64,000 nt of DNA from an uncultured Methanosarcinales archaeon (GCA_964556395.1 CAZKVR010000001.1:106996-170995); one strand, 5' to 3'; numbered from the stretch's first letter, positions 28,643 to 38,021 are shown. Notes: generated by a model from the sequence alone, not told the origin. Numbers and translations are program-made.

Positions 28643-29131
28643 TTATGCCTCCGGGCCGTTGAGGAGGCCGTCGATCATGCTGGCGTTGTTCTCTTGTTCT
28701 CGGAACTCGTGCATCCGGTCCCTGAGCTCTTTCTTGAGGTCTGCGATGTCTCGGAACGCGTTGATCTTCTCGTTGAGCTTGAATGATTCTATGTCGAGCA
28801 TCTTCTCCTTGAGCTCGGCCCGTTTGACCTCGTCGATCTTATCGCCTGCCGCTGCGAGGAAGTTGTTCATGTTCATCATGATCTGTTCGACATCCTTGAA
28901 CACGTCTTTCTGGAGGTCCTTGCGCTCGTCGATGAGGCTTTCGATGTCGTCGATGACCTCTTTCGTGTTCATGATCTTGGCGCCTTGGATGTCTTTCAGG
29001 ACGGAGTCCATGGACGTGTCAGTGTAGTTCTCCTTGACGTCGTCTACAGTGGGCATGAGCTTGTAGTCCTTAGAGGGTTCCTCGTTGCGCAGGAAGCCGT
29101 CCAGGAGTTCGTTGTCGAGCGTGTCAGCCAT
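28643..29131 (-). CDS. Coiled-coil protein, apparently co-transcribed with the ATPase
   Basis: Charged heptad pattern; 2-bp gap to the ATPase gene. Confidence 0.8.
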   Translation of the reverse strand: MADTLDNELLDGFLRNEEPSKDYKLMPTVDDVKENYTDTSMDSVLKDIQGAKIMNTKEVIDDIESLIDERKDLQKDVFKDVEQIMMNMNNFLAAAGDKIDEVKRAELKEKMLDIESFKLNEKINAFRDIADLKKELRDRMHEFREQENNASMIDGLLNGPEA

Positions 29132-29246
29132 TGTCGTGCCTCTTTTTTACTGTTTGGAGTCGGGAAAACCCTGAAAAACCGAGGGAAACGGTTTCTTTCT
29201 TACCGAGTGATAGAGAAGGTCCTATATAAAACTTTCCTTTTTTGTT

Positions 29247-30269
29247 TCACTTAGTAGTGACGAAATCTACGCAGAACCTGTAGATGTGCGGCGCTTGCTG
29301 GCCGCACCGCACCGTCTCGCGGATGTCGCAGCCGACGCCGGCGGCCTCGCACGCCTCGCGGATCCAAGAATATGCGCTATCGACCTTGTCCTCGTGGAGA
29401 AAGGCGTAGAAATGTATCGTCGCCGTGTCGTTCGCAGCCTTCAAAGCCACGTCGAGGAAGGTCTCTGCCCCTTTGGGCAGGGGCATGAGGATGCGGTCGA
29501 AGCCGCCTTTCTCCGAGACCAGCGTCGGCACGACCTCTCGGGCGTCCCCGACGTGCGTCGTGGCGTTGGAGAGCTTGTTCCGCTGGATGTTCTTGAGGGC
29601 GAGCTCGTGGCCACGCGGGTTGATCTCCACCCCGACGACCTCCGACGCATCGGTGTTCTTGCCCAGGACGCAAGTGTAGGGTCCGCAGCCCGAGAACATG
29701 ACGAGCACCCGCTCGTCCGGCTTCACGAGTCCCATGATGCGTTTCCGCTCGGTCGACAGCCTCACGGAGAAGTAGACATCCTCGACATCGACCTCGAGCG
29801 TGACGCCGTTCTCCTTGTGGAGCGTCACCCGCTTGTCCTCGCCCGCCAGCAACCGCATCTTCTGCGTCCGGTACGTACCCTCATGACTGGCGTCCTTGGC
29901 CAGCGCCGTGGACACGCGAGGGTTGGTCTCGAGCAGAGTCGCACCTATAACCTTGTCGTATTGTTTCAGGTCCTCATCGACTTCCAGGATGGCGATGTCG
30001 CCCACCTGGTCGTACGCCGTCTTGAGCCTTTCCAGGACGTCCGAGGGCAGCTTGCCTTGCAGGGCTTCGCGGAGGCTCTTGGGCCGTTCCTGCTGTCCCG
30101 GCAGGTCGCGCTCCTCGAACTCATAGGACGTGTCGAACCGTTCCTTGACCGGCAGGTAGAGGTGGCCGTCCTCCTTGACCGCCTTGTAGCCCGGCAGGAA
30201 GAGCCCTCGTTCTACGAGGTCTTTCCGGGCCTGTTCTGCGTCCTTCAAAGGCACCTTGAGCGCGAGCAT
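29247..30269 (-). CDS. trm5: tRNA methyltransferase, Trm5/Met10+ family
   Basis: YDQVGDIAI, VYFSVRLSTER, MFSGCGPY, DRILMPLP; start MLALKVP after a TATA-like box. Confidence 0.85.
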   Translation of the reverse strand: MLALKVPLKDAEQARKDLVERGLFLPGYKAVKEDGHLYLPVKERFDTSYEFEERDLPGQQERPKSLREALQGKLPSDVLERLKTAYDQVGDIAILEVDEDLKQYDKVIGATLLETNPRVSTALAKDASHEGTYRTQKMRLLAGEDKRVTLHKENGVTLEVDVEDVYFSVRLSTERKRIMGLVKPDERVLVMFSGCGPYTCVLGKNTDASEVVGVEINPRGHELALKNIQRNKLSNATTHVGDAREVVPTLVSEKGGFDRILMPLPKGAETFLDVALKAANDTATIHFYAFLHEDKVDSAYSWIREACEAAGVGCDIRETVRCGQQAPHIYRFCVDFVTTK

Positions 30270-30503
30270 GGGCGTCGTGAGCCAACGGGCGTTTTTAAGG
30301 TTATCCATAATTAGTTTCAATAAAGAAAAGAAAAGAGTCTGAAAAATCAGAGAACGCCTGCTGCTCGAACACACGAAAGCATAACGGGCTCTCCGGAAAA
30401 ACTAGTGGACCCGTTGACACAAGGCATATATTCATCCGGACATATCTCCAAATAAGGAAAGGAACACAACAGTTATATACCTGCTATAACTACCTATAAG
30501 GTG

Positions 30504-30737
30504 ATGAAGACTACAATCCAGCTCGACAAGCAGACCATCAGTCGCCTGCAGGAGCACAAGCTCTATCCGAGGGAGCCATACGACGCCATCGTCAACCGGC
30601 TCATTGACGAAGCAGAGGATGACGAAGAACTCACCCCTGATGAGATCAAGGATATCGAGGTTGCCCTGGAGCAGGTGAAGCAGGGTAAGACTATCAGAAT
30701 CGAGGACCTCGCGAAGGAGTTGGGTGTGAAGCTCTGA
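30504..30737 (+). CDS. Antitoxin
   Basis: MKTTIQLD..YDAIVNRLID, acidic tail; overlaps the toxin start. Confidence 0.8.
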   Translation: MKTTIQLDKQTISRLQEHKLYPREPYDAIVNRLIDEAEDDEELTPDEIKDIEVALEQVKQGKTIRIEDLAKELGVKL

Positions 30738-30988
30738 TGTACGCTCTCGAATTCTCGGATGAGGCCGCGAAGACTATCAGGAAACTACCCAGGAACGAGC
30801 GCGACCGCATCCTCAAGAAGATACAGAGCATCCGCGACTACCCCTTCGCGCATCTCAAGAAGCTGGAAGGCAATACGTTCTGGCGCCTCCATATCGGCAA
30901 GTACCGCGCCATCGTGGATGTCATCGTGTCCGGCAGGCGCATCATCGTCCTCAGGATCGGGAAGCGTGGCGATGTCTACGACCGCTGA
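30737..30988 (+). CDS. RelE/ParE-family toxin
   Basis: KKLEG..WRLHIGKYRAI..VLRIGKRGDVY. Confidence 0.88.
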   Translation: MYALEFSDEAAKTIRKLPRNERDRILKKIQSIRDYPFAHLKKLEGNTFWRLHIGKYRAIVDVIVSGRRIIVLRIGKRGDVYDR

Positions 30989-31017
30989 GAACCCAACCTA
31001 CAAGAGCAGCAGCTCTT

Positions 31018-31893
31018 CTACACGACGACGAGCACGACACCCACGAGCATGACGCAGCACGCCATGAGCTTCAATCCCAGCCGGTGCTCGTGGAACAACC
31101 GACCCCCTATCAAGGAGGTGAAGAACGTCGACAAGCGCCTGACAGGGATTATGAGGCTGACCAGCGCTCCGGGAACACCCATGGCGAAGAGCAGAGCCAC
31201 GTCGGACATGAAGCTGGAGAATGTGCTGCTGAATATCTGCATCCCATCCTGCCTGATATCCCTGAGAATCTCGTTGAAGCCATGCTTGGCAGTCTCGAAC
31301 GCCACATAGTTGAAGCCCATGAAGAGCCTCACGAGGACGACGATAGTGAACACGTCGATACCCCAGTTCACCACAGCCTTCTGCATAGTGACTGTAAAGC
31401 TGAAGATGAGCATGGCGAATATCATGTACAGGGCGTACCGCGACCTCGCCAGGATTCTGAACGGCGACCAGATGCCATTGTACCGGCCAGCCGTAGCCAT
31501 CTGGAGAAGGTATGTCCCCATGACGAGGAGGAACACGCCGATGATAGCGAGGGCGTCGGGCGACTCTCCCAGCAGGACGAACGCTATGACGAGGAGGAAT
31601 AACGGACTGATATTCATCAACGGCATGCAACTGGACAGTTCGGAGTGACGCAGGCTCCTCAAATAGTAGAGGTTGCCGGCCGCGAGGATGATACTGATCA
31701 CGTACAACGCTACGAAGACGCGCCAGTCGTATGCTAGGTTGATGAACGGCAGGACGAATATGAGCAACAAGAGGTATATCCCTTGGGACGCGCCGTATTC
31801 GAGGGCGTGCTCGTGCTGGAGCACTTTCTTCCCGACGATGCTTGCCATGGCGTGGAAGACGGCCGATGCGAATGCGTAGGCTACCCAGAGCAT
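31018..31893 (-). CDS. EamA/DMT-family transporter
   Basis: About ten TMs in two repeats; PLMNISPLF, LLGE. Confidence 0.85.
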   Translation of the reverse strand: MLWVAYAFASAVFHAMASIVGKKVLQHEHALEYGASQGIYLLLLIFVLPFINLAYDWRVFVALYVISIILAAGNLYYLRSLRHSELSSCMPLMNISPLFLLVIAFVLLGESPDALAIIGVFLLVMGTYLLQMATAGRYNGIWSPFRILARSRYALYMIFAMLIFSFTVTMQKAVVNWGIDVFTIVVLVRLFMGFNYVAFETAKHGFNEILRDIRQDGMQIFSSTFSSFMSDVALLFAMGVPGALVSLIIPVRRLSTFFTSLIGGRLFHEHRLGLKLMACCVMLVGVVLVVV

Positions 31894-31991
31894 GAGCCCT
31901 TCACCGCAACCATTCATTTATAAACGTTACTGTCACTCCAGATAATGACAGGATGCCGCGAGAACGCCTGCTGCTCGAGCAGAAGCCCTTT

Positions 31992-33023
31992 TCAGAAATA
32001 ATCGCCGAGTCCTTTCTGGGCTCGTTCCTGGCCGTGCTTGGCGAGCTGCTCCACCGTTTTCTGGACGCGTTCGGGCGAGAAGTCGTGGCGTTCCACCAGG
32101 ATCTCGTGCAGCGCGTCGCCATCCACCCCTTTCCATTGCAGGTCGTACTCGTCCGTGACTGGCATCTGCTTGAACAGGGCGAAGGCTTCCTGCCATGAGG
32201 ATTGGAACTCTTCTCGCCAGTTGACGTCTGCGAACACCTTGCCGACGTCTTCCTGGGCTTTGACGAGCTTGAGGCCTTTCTTCGGCCCTATCCCTTTGAT
32301 GCCGCCGACGTTGAAGTCCGTGCCTATCAGCAATCCTAGGGCTATGAGCTGGTCCCTTGTGATCTCTAGCTTCTGCAGCACGTCCTGGAGTGTTATGAGT
32401 TCGGGCTTGATGCCTTCGGTGGCGTAGGCGCCTTTCTTCTTGCGCCGGGCGGTGATGCTGAGGTTCTTCACCATCCGCGGGGTTCCGAACAGGAGGCAGT
32501 CGTAGTCTTGGCTGATGAGCGCCCACGCGTCGCCCTTGTAGACCATGTGGGCTGCTTGTGCCTCTCCTTCAGAGGGTGCTTGGATGGTCGGGATGCCTAA
32601 TGCTGTGAGGAGCTCTTTCGCCTCGTCCACCATGTCTCTCGTCAGCCTCGAGGTGCGGCCGGCGTATTTCTTCATGCCTTCTACATCCTCGGCTTCCTTG
32701 GCGGCGTCGTATGATGCTTGGGCGTCCTGCTTGAGCTTCTGCCGCCGCTCCTGCTCTTTCCGTTTGAGCTCTGGGGCTTTGCCGTCGAAGACGAAGACGA
32801 GCCTGAGGCCTTCTCGCATGAGTTTGGTGGTCCTTGAGAAGAGGCCTACGAGGTGGCTGGTGACGTTGCCGTGCTTGTCCGAGAGCGGCGCGCCGTCCGG
32901 GCCTCGGATGGTGGTGAGGAACTGGTAGAGGACGTTGTACGCGTCGACGACGAAGGTCTTGCCTGACAGGTCTGCCAGGCTGACCGGTTCTCCTTTGACG
33001 AGTTCTGAGAGCGAGACGCCCAT
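31992..33023 (-). CDS. fen: Flap endonuclease 1
   Basis: DAYNVLYQFLTTIR, VFDG, APSEGEAQAA, SQDYD, GTDFN, C-terminal PIP box QKGLGDYF. Confidence 0.97.
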   Translation of the reverse strand: MGVSLSELVKGEPVSLADLSGKTFVVDAYNVLYQFLTTIRGPDGAPLSDKHGNVTSHLVGLFSRTTKLMREGLRLVFVFDGKAPELKRKEQERRQKLKQDAQASYDAAKEAEDVEGMKKYAGRTSRLTRDMVDEAKELLTALGIPTIQAPSEGEAQAAHMVYKGDAWALISQDYDCLLFGTPRMVKNLSITARRKKKGAYATEGIKPELITLQDVLQKLEITRDQLIALGLLIGTDFNVGGIKGIGPKKGLKLVKAQEDVGKVFADVNWREEFQSSWQEAFALFKQMPVTDEYDLQWKGVDGDALHEILVERHDFSPERVQKTVEQLAKHGQERAQKGLGDYF

Positions 33024-33096
33024 GGCGGTGGTGAGAATATGGTTCTTCTTAAGGGTTTGGATGGTGGTTCTCTAGAAAACCAGTTGAATATTAAAA

Positions 33097-33110
33097 AAAC
33101 CAATTGGTTT
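33097..33110. promoter_or_regulatory. Perfect palindrome AAACCAATTGGTTT, probable operator
   Basis: Just upstream of the TTTATATA box of the HTH-MNT gene. Confidence 0.5.
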
Positions 33111-33149
33111 CCAAAAAGTTTATATAGTTTCGAACGAAACCAAAAGAAT

Positions 33150-33722
33150 ATGGAAGGAGTCAATAAGGAAAGCTATGAAGAAGAGGACGCTTATACGAAG
33201 GTGTTGTACTGGTTCTTCGCCCACCCCACCATTGAAGTCAGCCTCAACGACCTCGTCGAGGCGGTGAACATCTCCAAGACCTCGGCGAACAAGGCCGTGC
33301 ACAGGCTCGTGGATGAAGGATTCCTTCGCCTCAAGCAGCTGGGACGGCTGTGGCGCATCACTTGTAACCAAGAGCACGAGTACAACATCACCAGGAAAGT
33401 CCCGTTCAACCTCCAGACAGTCTACCAGGCAGGCATCCTCGAAGAGATTCGCAAGCGCATCCCGAACCCCCGCGCAGTCGTGCTCTTCGGCAGTTATCGC
33501 AAGGGCGACGACACGGAGGAGAGCGACATCGACATCGCAGTGGAAGTGATGGATGACAAGGATTACAGGATAGTGGAATTAGGGGTCCTCACGACCTTAG
33601 GTTTCCGCGAGCACGTGCCCGTCAACCTGCACGTATTCTCACGCAACCATGTGGACCTCAACCTGTTCGCCAACATCGCCAACGGCATCGTCCTTGAAGG
33701 GTTCCTGGAGGTGCGACCATGA
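33150..33722 (+). CDS. wHTH plus minimal nucleotidyltransferase (MNT antitoxin-like)
   Basis: N-terminal HTH; LFGSYRKGDDTEESDIDIAV. Confidence 0.88.
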   Translation: MEGVNKESYEEEDAYTKVLYWFFAHPTIEVSLNDLVEAVNISKTSANKAVHRLVDEGFLRLKQLGRLWRITCNQEHEYNITRKVPFNLQTVYQAGILEEIRKRIPNPRAVVLFGSYRKGDDTEESDIDIAVEVMDDKDYRIVELGVLTTLGFREHVPVNLHVFSRNHVDLNLFANIANGIVLEGFLEVRP

Positions 33723-34105
33723 GGAGGAAACGTCCCGATATCAAGAACGCCGACAGCCTGCTGGAGGCCAGCAAGAACACCCTGAGGTTCACCATGAAGC
33801 TGGAGGTGTCGGAGGAGTCGGCCGACACTATCATCAGGAACGTGCACGAGGCGTTCCGGATGCTCGGCGAGGCATTGCTTCTCAAGCAAGGAGGGGTCGC
33901 CGTCGATCACACCCAGCCGATCGAGGCCCTCATCCGCACGAACGTCCAAACAGAGAGGCCCTTGTCGGTGTTGACGACCATCAGGAAGACGAGGCATTCC
34001 ATCAATTACTACGGCTACCGGCCGACGGTGGCGGAAGCGCGGGATGCGGTGTCTGTGGCCGAGGCTTGTTTCGACAAGCTGGCAGAACATGTCAAGAGCC
34101 TATAG
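33719..34105 (+). CDS. HEPN-like protein
   Basis: Helical, coupled to the MNT gene; RKTRHSINYYG. Confidence 0.7.
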   Translation: MRRKRPDIKNADSLLEASKNTLRFTMKLEVSEESADTIIRNVHEAFRMLGEALLLKQGGVAVDHTQPIEALIRTNVQTERPLSVLTTIRKTRHSINYYGYRPTVAEARDAVSVAEACFDKLAEHVKSL

Positions 34106-35146
34106 CTGTACCAACAATAATCCTTTGAATTCGTGGTTGAGCTTCTCCTTCGCTTTCTTCGTCACGTCGCCTGTCGTGAGGTAGATGACCGGTAGCTTCT
34201 TCATCTGTCCTTGGACGTACGCGTTGGAGAGGTCGCCGTCGTTGCTCTTCTTCTTGTTCTTCGCCTTGCAGAAATAGGTGACGCGACCGACGGCTGTCGG
34301 TACTGAGATCTCGAATTCGATGTCCGAGTTCTTGCGCTGGACCTCTTTGGCGATGACCTGGATTCGCTTCTCGGCGAAGTATTCCAGGACTTGTTTGAGG
34401 AAGTCGTCGCCGGTGTCGTCCTGTTGCTTGAGGAGTGTCTTTGCGGGCACCGCTTCGGGCGTTCCGGAGGGTTCTTCCGACCCACTCTCTTCTTGCATCT
34501 CAGGCTCTGCTGCTTTTGTATGCTCGTGTTTCACGGCTTCTGACTGTTCTTGCGTTGCTGGTTTCGGGGCTTGTCTCGTGGATTTTTGTGGCGCTTGCTC
34601 AGGAGATTGCCGGGCGTCTTGCGAGGGTTCTGTCGGTGACGCTTCCTTGGACTGTTCTTCCTGGATTGGTGCTGGTTGTTCTGCTGGCTTGGTCTGCTTG
34701 GGCGTGATGCCTAATGCCTGTTTGATGAGCGGCTCCGCCTCTTTCGTCTGGAGCTGGTACCATTTCCAGAACAGGACGGTGCCGTCTTTCGTCTTGACTT
34801 CCAGTGGTACGGCGAAGTCTTTGACCTGTCGGAGGCTGACCCTGGCGAGGGGTTCTTGCTCGTCGTCTTTGAGTATCTGTTTCTGCTTGAGGAGTTCTGC
34901 CGTCCGCCTGTCCTTCTCGCCGAGGTATTGTATGAGTTTGGTCAGCTTGTCGGCGTGTTCCGGGATGTAGTAGAAAGGCCCTCCGCGTTTGGTGTTGCTC
35001 ACCTTGACCTTCCCTGCGCCTTTGAGCTCTGACAGGACGGCGCCGATGGTGAACGAGTCGCCTTCGCCGAGGGCTTTCCTGATGTGGAGGGGTTGGCACG
35101 GGCCTTTCTGTCGGAGGACTTGCAGGACGGCGTCTCTGTTGAGCAT
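34100..35146 (-). CDS. Hypothetical protein (N-terminal wHTH-like region, low-complexity linker, restriction-endonuclease-like C-terminus)
   Basis: Start MLNRDAV after a TATA-like box; YFCKAK..PVIYLTTG. Confidence 0.7.
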   Translation of the reverse strand: MLNRDAVLQVLRQKGPCQPLHIRKALGEGDSFTIGAVLSELKGAGKVKVSNTKRGGPFYYIPEHADKLTKLIQYLGEKDRRTAELLKQKQILKDDEQEPLARVSLRQVKDFAVPLEVKTKDGTVLFWKWYQLQTKEAEPLIKQALGITPKQTKPAEQPAPIQEEQSKEASPTEPSQDARQSPEQAPQKSTRQAPKPATQEQSEAVKHEHTKAAEPEMQEESGSEEPSGTPEAVPAKTLLKQQDDTGDDFLKQVLEYFAEKRIQVIAKEVQRKNSDIEFEISVPTAVGRVTYFCKAKNKKKSNDGDLSNAYVQGQMKKLPVIYLTTGDVTKKAKEKLNHEFKGLLLVQL

Positions 35147-35263
35147 GTTTTCTTCGAGGTGTCGGTGATTTATAATCCTGTTGCTTGCCACATAGATAAT
35201 TTCTATAGTGAAAATAATCTGTAAAACAAAAATAGTCTTATAGTACACTACTATCGCGTCAAT

Positions 35264-35851
35264 ATGGCAGGAGACAGGCTCATCCACGAGGAATTCATAC
35301 AGGCCAAGACAGACCCCCTCATGAGAGAGGCAGTGATGGGCAAGGTGTGGACGAAAGCATACCACATCGCGTCGAGATACACCCGCTCATCAGCAGAGGC
35401 GGAGGACATCGCCCAGGAAGCCTCGTTGAATGTCCACAAGAACTTCCACGTCTACGGCAGCAAGAGGCAGAACAACCCATACGCATGGGTGCACACCATC
35501 ACCACGAACATCTGCGTAAATCACTACCGGAGGCGGCCGAAAACCCCCATCATAAGCCTCGACGAGGAGGAAAGGGCAGAGGGCCATACCAGGATGAAGA
35601 GGGATGTCCCGGACGAGCGCAACAACATCGAGGACTACCTCAACCTCAAGGAGTGCGAGGAGGTGTTGGCCAGCCTGCCTGAAAAGAAAGGGAAGGCCTA
35701 CCTGTTGTCCTATCTCGAAGGATACAAGTACGACGAGATCGCAGCGATCACCAAGGAGCGGATGGGCACCGTGAAAAGCAGCATCCATAGGATGAGAGAA
35801 CGGGCGAAAGAGCTGTTCCAGGAACGCGCTCCCGTCTACATCAGGAAGTGA
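35264..35851 (+). CDS. ECF-type sigma-70 factor
   Basis: Region 2 AEAEDIAQEA..AWVHTITTNICVNHYRR; region 4 LASLPE..EGYKYDEIAA..GTVKSSIHR. Confidence 0.88.
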   Translation: MAGDRLIHEEFIQAKTDPLMREAVMGKVWTKAYHIASRYTRSSAEAEDIAQEASLNVHKNFHVYGSKRQNNPYAWVHTITTNICVNHYRRRPKTPIISLDEEERAEGHTRMKRDVPDERNNIEDYLNLKECEEVLASLPEKKGKAYLLSYLEGYKYDEIAAITKERMGTVKSSIHRMRERAKELFQERAPVYIRK

Positions 35852-36564
35852 ACCACATGCAGGCAGTCATCATCAGCGGAGGGTTGGGGACGCGGTTGAA
35901 GCCCCTGACAGATACCATTCCGAAAGGCCTCGTCGAAGTGCAGGGGCGGCCGTTGTTGGAGCACGTCCTCGACCTGCTCAAGGAAGCCGGTGTGGACGAC
36001 GTCATCATTTCCATCGGCTATCTCGGCGATAGGATAAAAGAGCATTTCCAGGACGGGAACAGCCATGGCGTCCGCATCAGGTACGTGGAGGAGGATAAGC
36101 CCCTAGGGACGGGTGGCTGGCTCCACAAAGCAAGAGGGATGCTGTCAGGCGATTTCCTCGTCGTCAACGGCGACAACCTCTTCGCCTTGGACCTCCACGA
36201 GATGCTGCGGTTCCACCGGGAGCGGGGAGCGACGGCGACGATAGGCCTCACCAGGGTGAGCGACCCGTCGTCGTTCGGCATCGCTGCGATGGACGGCGAC
36301 CGTATCGCGAGGTTCGTGGAGAAGCCTTCGCGAGAAGACGCTCCTTCTGACTTGGCGAACGGCGGCTACTACGTCTTCAACGAATCGGTTTTCGGCATGA
36401 TACCGTCGCGAGAGCGTTTCATGCTCGAGCAGGACGTCTTCCCAGCACTTGCGGGAAAAGGTAGGTTGTTCGGCTTCCCCTCAGGTGCGCAGTGGTTCGA
36501 CACCGGCACGTTCGAACGCCTCCAAGAAGTGGAATCCTTCTGGCGGAAAGGCAGCAACGTTTAA
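35848..36564 (+). CDS. NDP-sugar pyrophosphorylase family nucleotidyltransferase
   Basis: GGLGTRLKPLT..PK, EDKPLGTGG, NGD, FVEKP, WFDTGT. Confidence 0.92.
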   Translation: MNHMQAVIISGGLGTRLKPLTDTIPKGLVEVQGRPLLEHVLDLLKEAGVDDVIISIGYLGDRIKEHFQDGNSHGVRIRYVEEDKPLGTGGWLHKARGMLSGDFLVVNGDNLFALDLHEMLRFHRERGATATIGLTRVSDPSSFGIAAMDGDRIARFVEKPSREDAPSDLANGGYYVFNESVFGMIPSRERFMLEQDVFPALAGKGRLFGFPSGAQWFDTGTFERLQEVESFWRKGSNV

Positions 36565-36594
36565 AAAGGGAAGGGTGTTGGGTTTCCTCAAGCC

Positions 36595-37275
36595 ATGATA
36601 CAGCAACGACACGTTGACGAGTGCAAGCGACAGCTCATAAGGGCGGGCTGGGCGTGTGACATCGACAACACCGTCTCCGCCACGGCTGAAGCGTTCTTCG
36701 ACCGCATGGATGGGCTGTTCCCCCGCCCTGAAGGGGATGAGGGCCTCTCCGTGAGTGAGCTCGTGCGGAAATATGTGAGCGATGACCAAGTACCGACTTG
36801 GCAGACACCTGAGGCCCGTGCCGCCAGCAAGGCTATCATCTCAGACCCCGAGTTCTATCGGGAACTGCCTCCCATAGCGGGTTCTGATACGGTCTTGAGG
36901 AGGTTCACGGAAGCCTTGCCTTTCACGTGTTTCATCACCGCCCGTCCTAATGTGGTGGCTGATGAGACGAGGGCTTGGCTGGAGAGCCGCTTCCCCACCC
37001 TGCCGCTCATCACCAAGCCTGACAGCGTGGATCCTTCTCGGAACAATGAGTGGAAGGCTCGGCTGCTGGAAGCGTTGTATCCGCAGGTGCGAGGTATCGT
37101 CGACGACGATCCGCGCCTGGTAGAGCATCTCTCGCCTGGTTATGGGGGGACGGTCATCATCTTCGGCGCGTCAAGTGTGGAGCACGATCACGTCGAGGCT
37201 TATGCTTGCTTGACGTGGAAGGATGTGGAGAGGAAGCTGGAGGAGCTGGCGAGTCTCAAGGCCGCATCCATTTGA
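36595..37275 (+). CDS. HAD-superfamily hydrolase (5'-nucleotidase-like)
   Basis: CDIDNTV motif I, ITAR, IVDDD. Confidence 0.75.
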   Translation: MIQQRHVDECKRQLIRAGWACDIDNTVSATAEAFFDRMDGLFPRPEGDEGLSVSELVRKYVSDDQVPTWQTPEARAASKAIISDPEFYRELPPIAGSDTVLRRFTEALPFTCFITARPNVVADETRAWLESRFPTLPLITKPDSVDPSRNNEWKARLLEALYPQVRGIVDDDPRLVEHLSPGYGGTVIIFGASSVEHDHVEAYACLTWKDVERKLEELASLKAASI

Positions 37276-37909
37276 TCTCCCAGTACGACACGTCGCCTTC
37301 GTCGTCGACGACGCCGATGAGCAGCCTTTTCTTCGTCGAGTGGGCCACGCGGTTCTTGGCTGCGAACTCGTACCATGTCAGCGTCGAGCCTTCGTGGACG
37401 GGGTAGACAACCCATCTTGCGTGGTCTTCGCCTGGCTTGACGCCGCGGTCGTACACGCGGAAGTCGGCTCCGAACTTCAGGGCTGTCTTGACGATGTAGC
37501 CTCTGTTCCTGAGGTCTTTGAAGACGGAGTAGCGTATCCAGAACTGCGGTTCGATGCGTTTGGCCTTGCGGAGGAATTGCTGGAAGTCGAGGGTCTTGCC
37601 GTGGTAGTCTTTCACGTGGAGGCGTCCTTTCTCGAGGAGGTAGAGGGCTTCGTGGAGGCTGAGCTGGACCTTGCCGTCTTCCAGCATGACGCCGTAGCGG
37701 CTCTGCGCGTAGAGGTCTCGCGCCGCGTCGGTGTTCTCGGTGATGACTCGTTCCTTGGCGAAGATGGCGTTGACCTTGACCTTCTTGCGGCCGTTGCTCA
37801 CGGCTTTGGGGATGATGCCTTTGAAGTCTTCCTCGTGGTTGAGCGGGTCTTCGAAGGTGAACTCGTCCTCGTGGAGGTGGATGCCGCTCTCGTCCTTCTT
37901 CTTGGCCAT
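37256..37909 (-). CDS. endA: tRNA-splicing endonuclease
   Basis: LSLHEALYL, VFKDLRNRGYIVKTALKFGADFRVY, RVAHSTKK. Confidence 0.95.
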   Translation of the reverse strand: MAKKKDESGIHLHEDEFTFEDPLNHEEDFKGIIPKAVSNGRKKVKVNAIFAKERVITENTDAARDLYAQSRYGVMLEDGKVQLSLHEALYLLEKGRLHVKDYHGKTLDFQQFLRKAKRIEPQFWIRYSVFKDLRNRGYIVKTALKFGADFRVYDRGVKPGEDHARWVVYPVHEGSTLTWYEFAAKNRVAHSTKKRLLIGVVDDEGDVSYWEIKWMRP

Positions 37910-37980
37910 GGCTGTGGAGAGGAGAGGGTGCTTTATAAATATTTGGCAGAATATATTACTATATAGAAAATAATTTGTGT

Positions 37981-38009
37981 AAAAAAAAGGCTGCGGAGAT
38001 GCAGCCTTT
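37981..38009 (-). terminator. Intrinsic-type terminator at the 3' end of array 2
   Basis: AAAGGCTGC/GCAGCCTTT stem plus T-tract. Confidence 0.78.
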
Positions 38010-38021
38010 GATTTGCAGAGT

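Larger units (their letters stand above)
30350..31978 (+). repeat. 19-bp direct repeat GAGAACGCCTGCTGCTCGA at 30350-30368 and 31960-31978
   Basis: Exact match read from the sequence; both copies intergenic. Confidence 0.85.

Noticed and set aside
29286..30314. 342-aa plus-strand ORF and similar long antisense ORFs (37223..37966, 49754..50953, 51588..52550)
   Set aside because: Shadow frames opposite well-supported genes in high-GC3 sequence.
35227..35234. Bacteroidetes -7 promoter element (TAnnTTTG) on the minus strand
   Set aside because: A single match in AT-rich DNA upstream of a native gene; I saw no consistent matches ahead of array genes.
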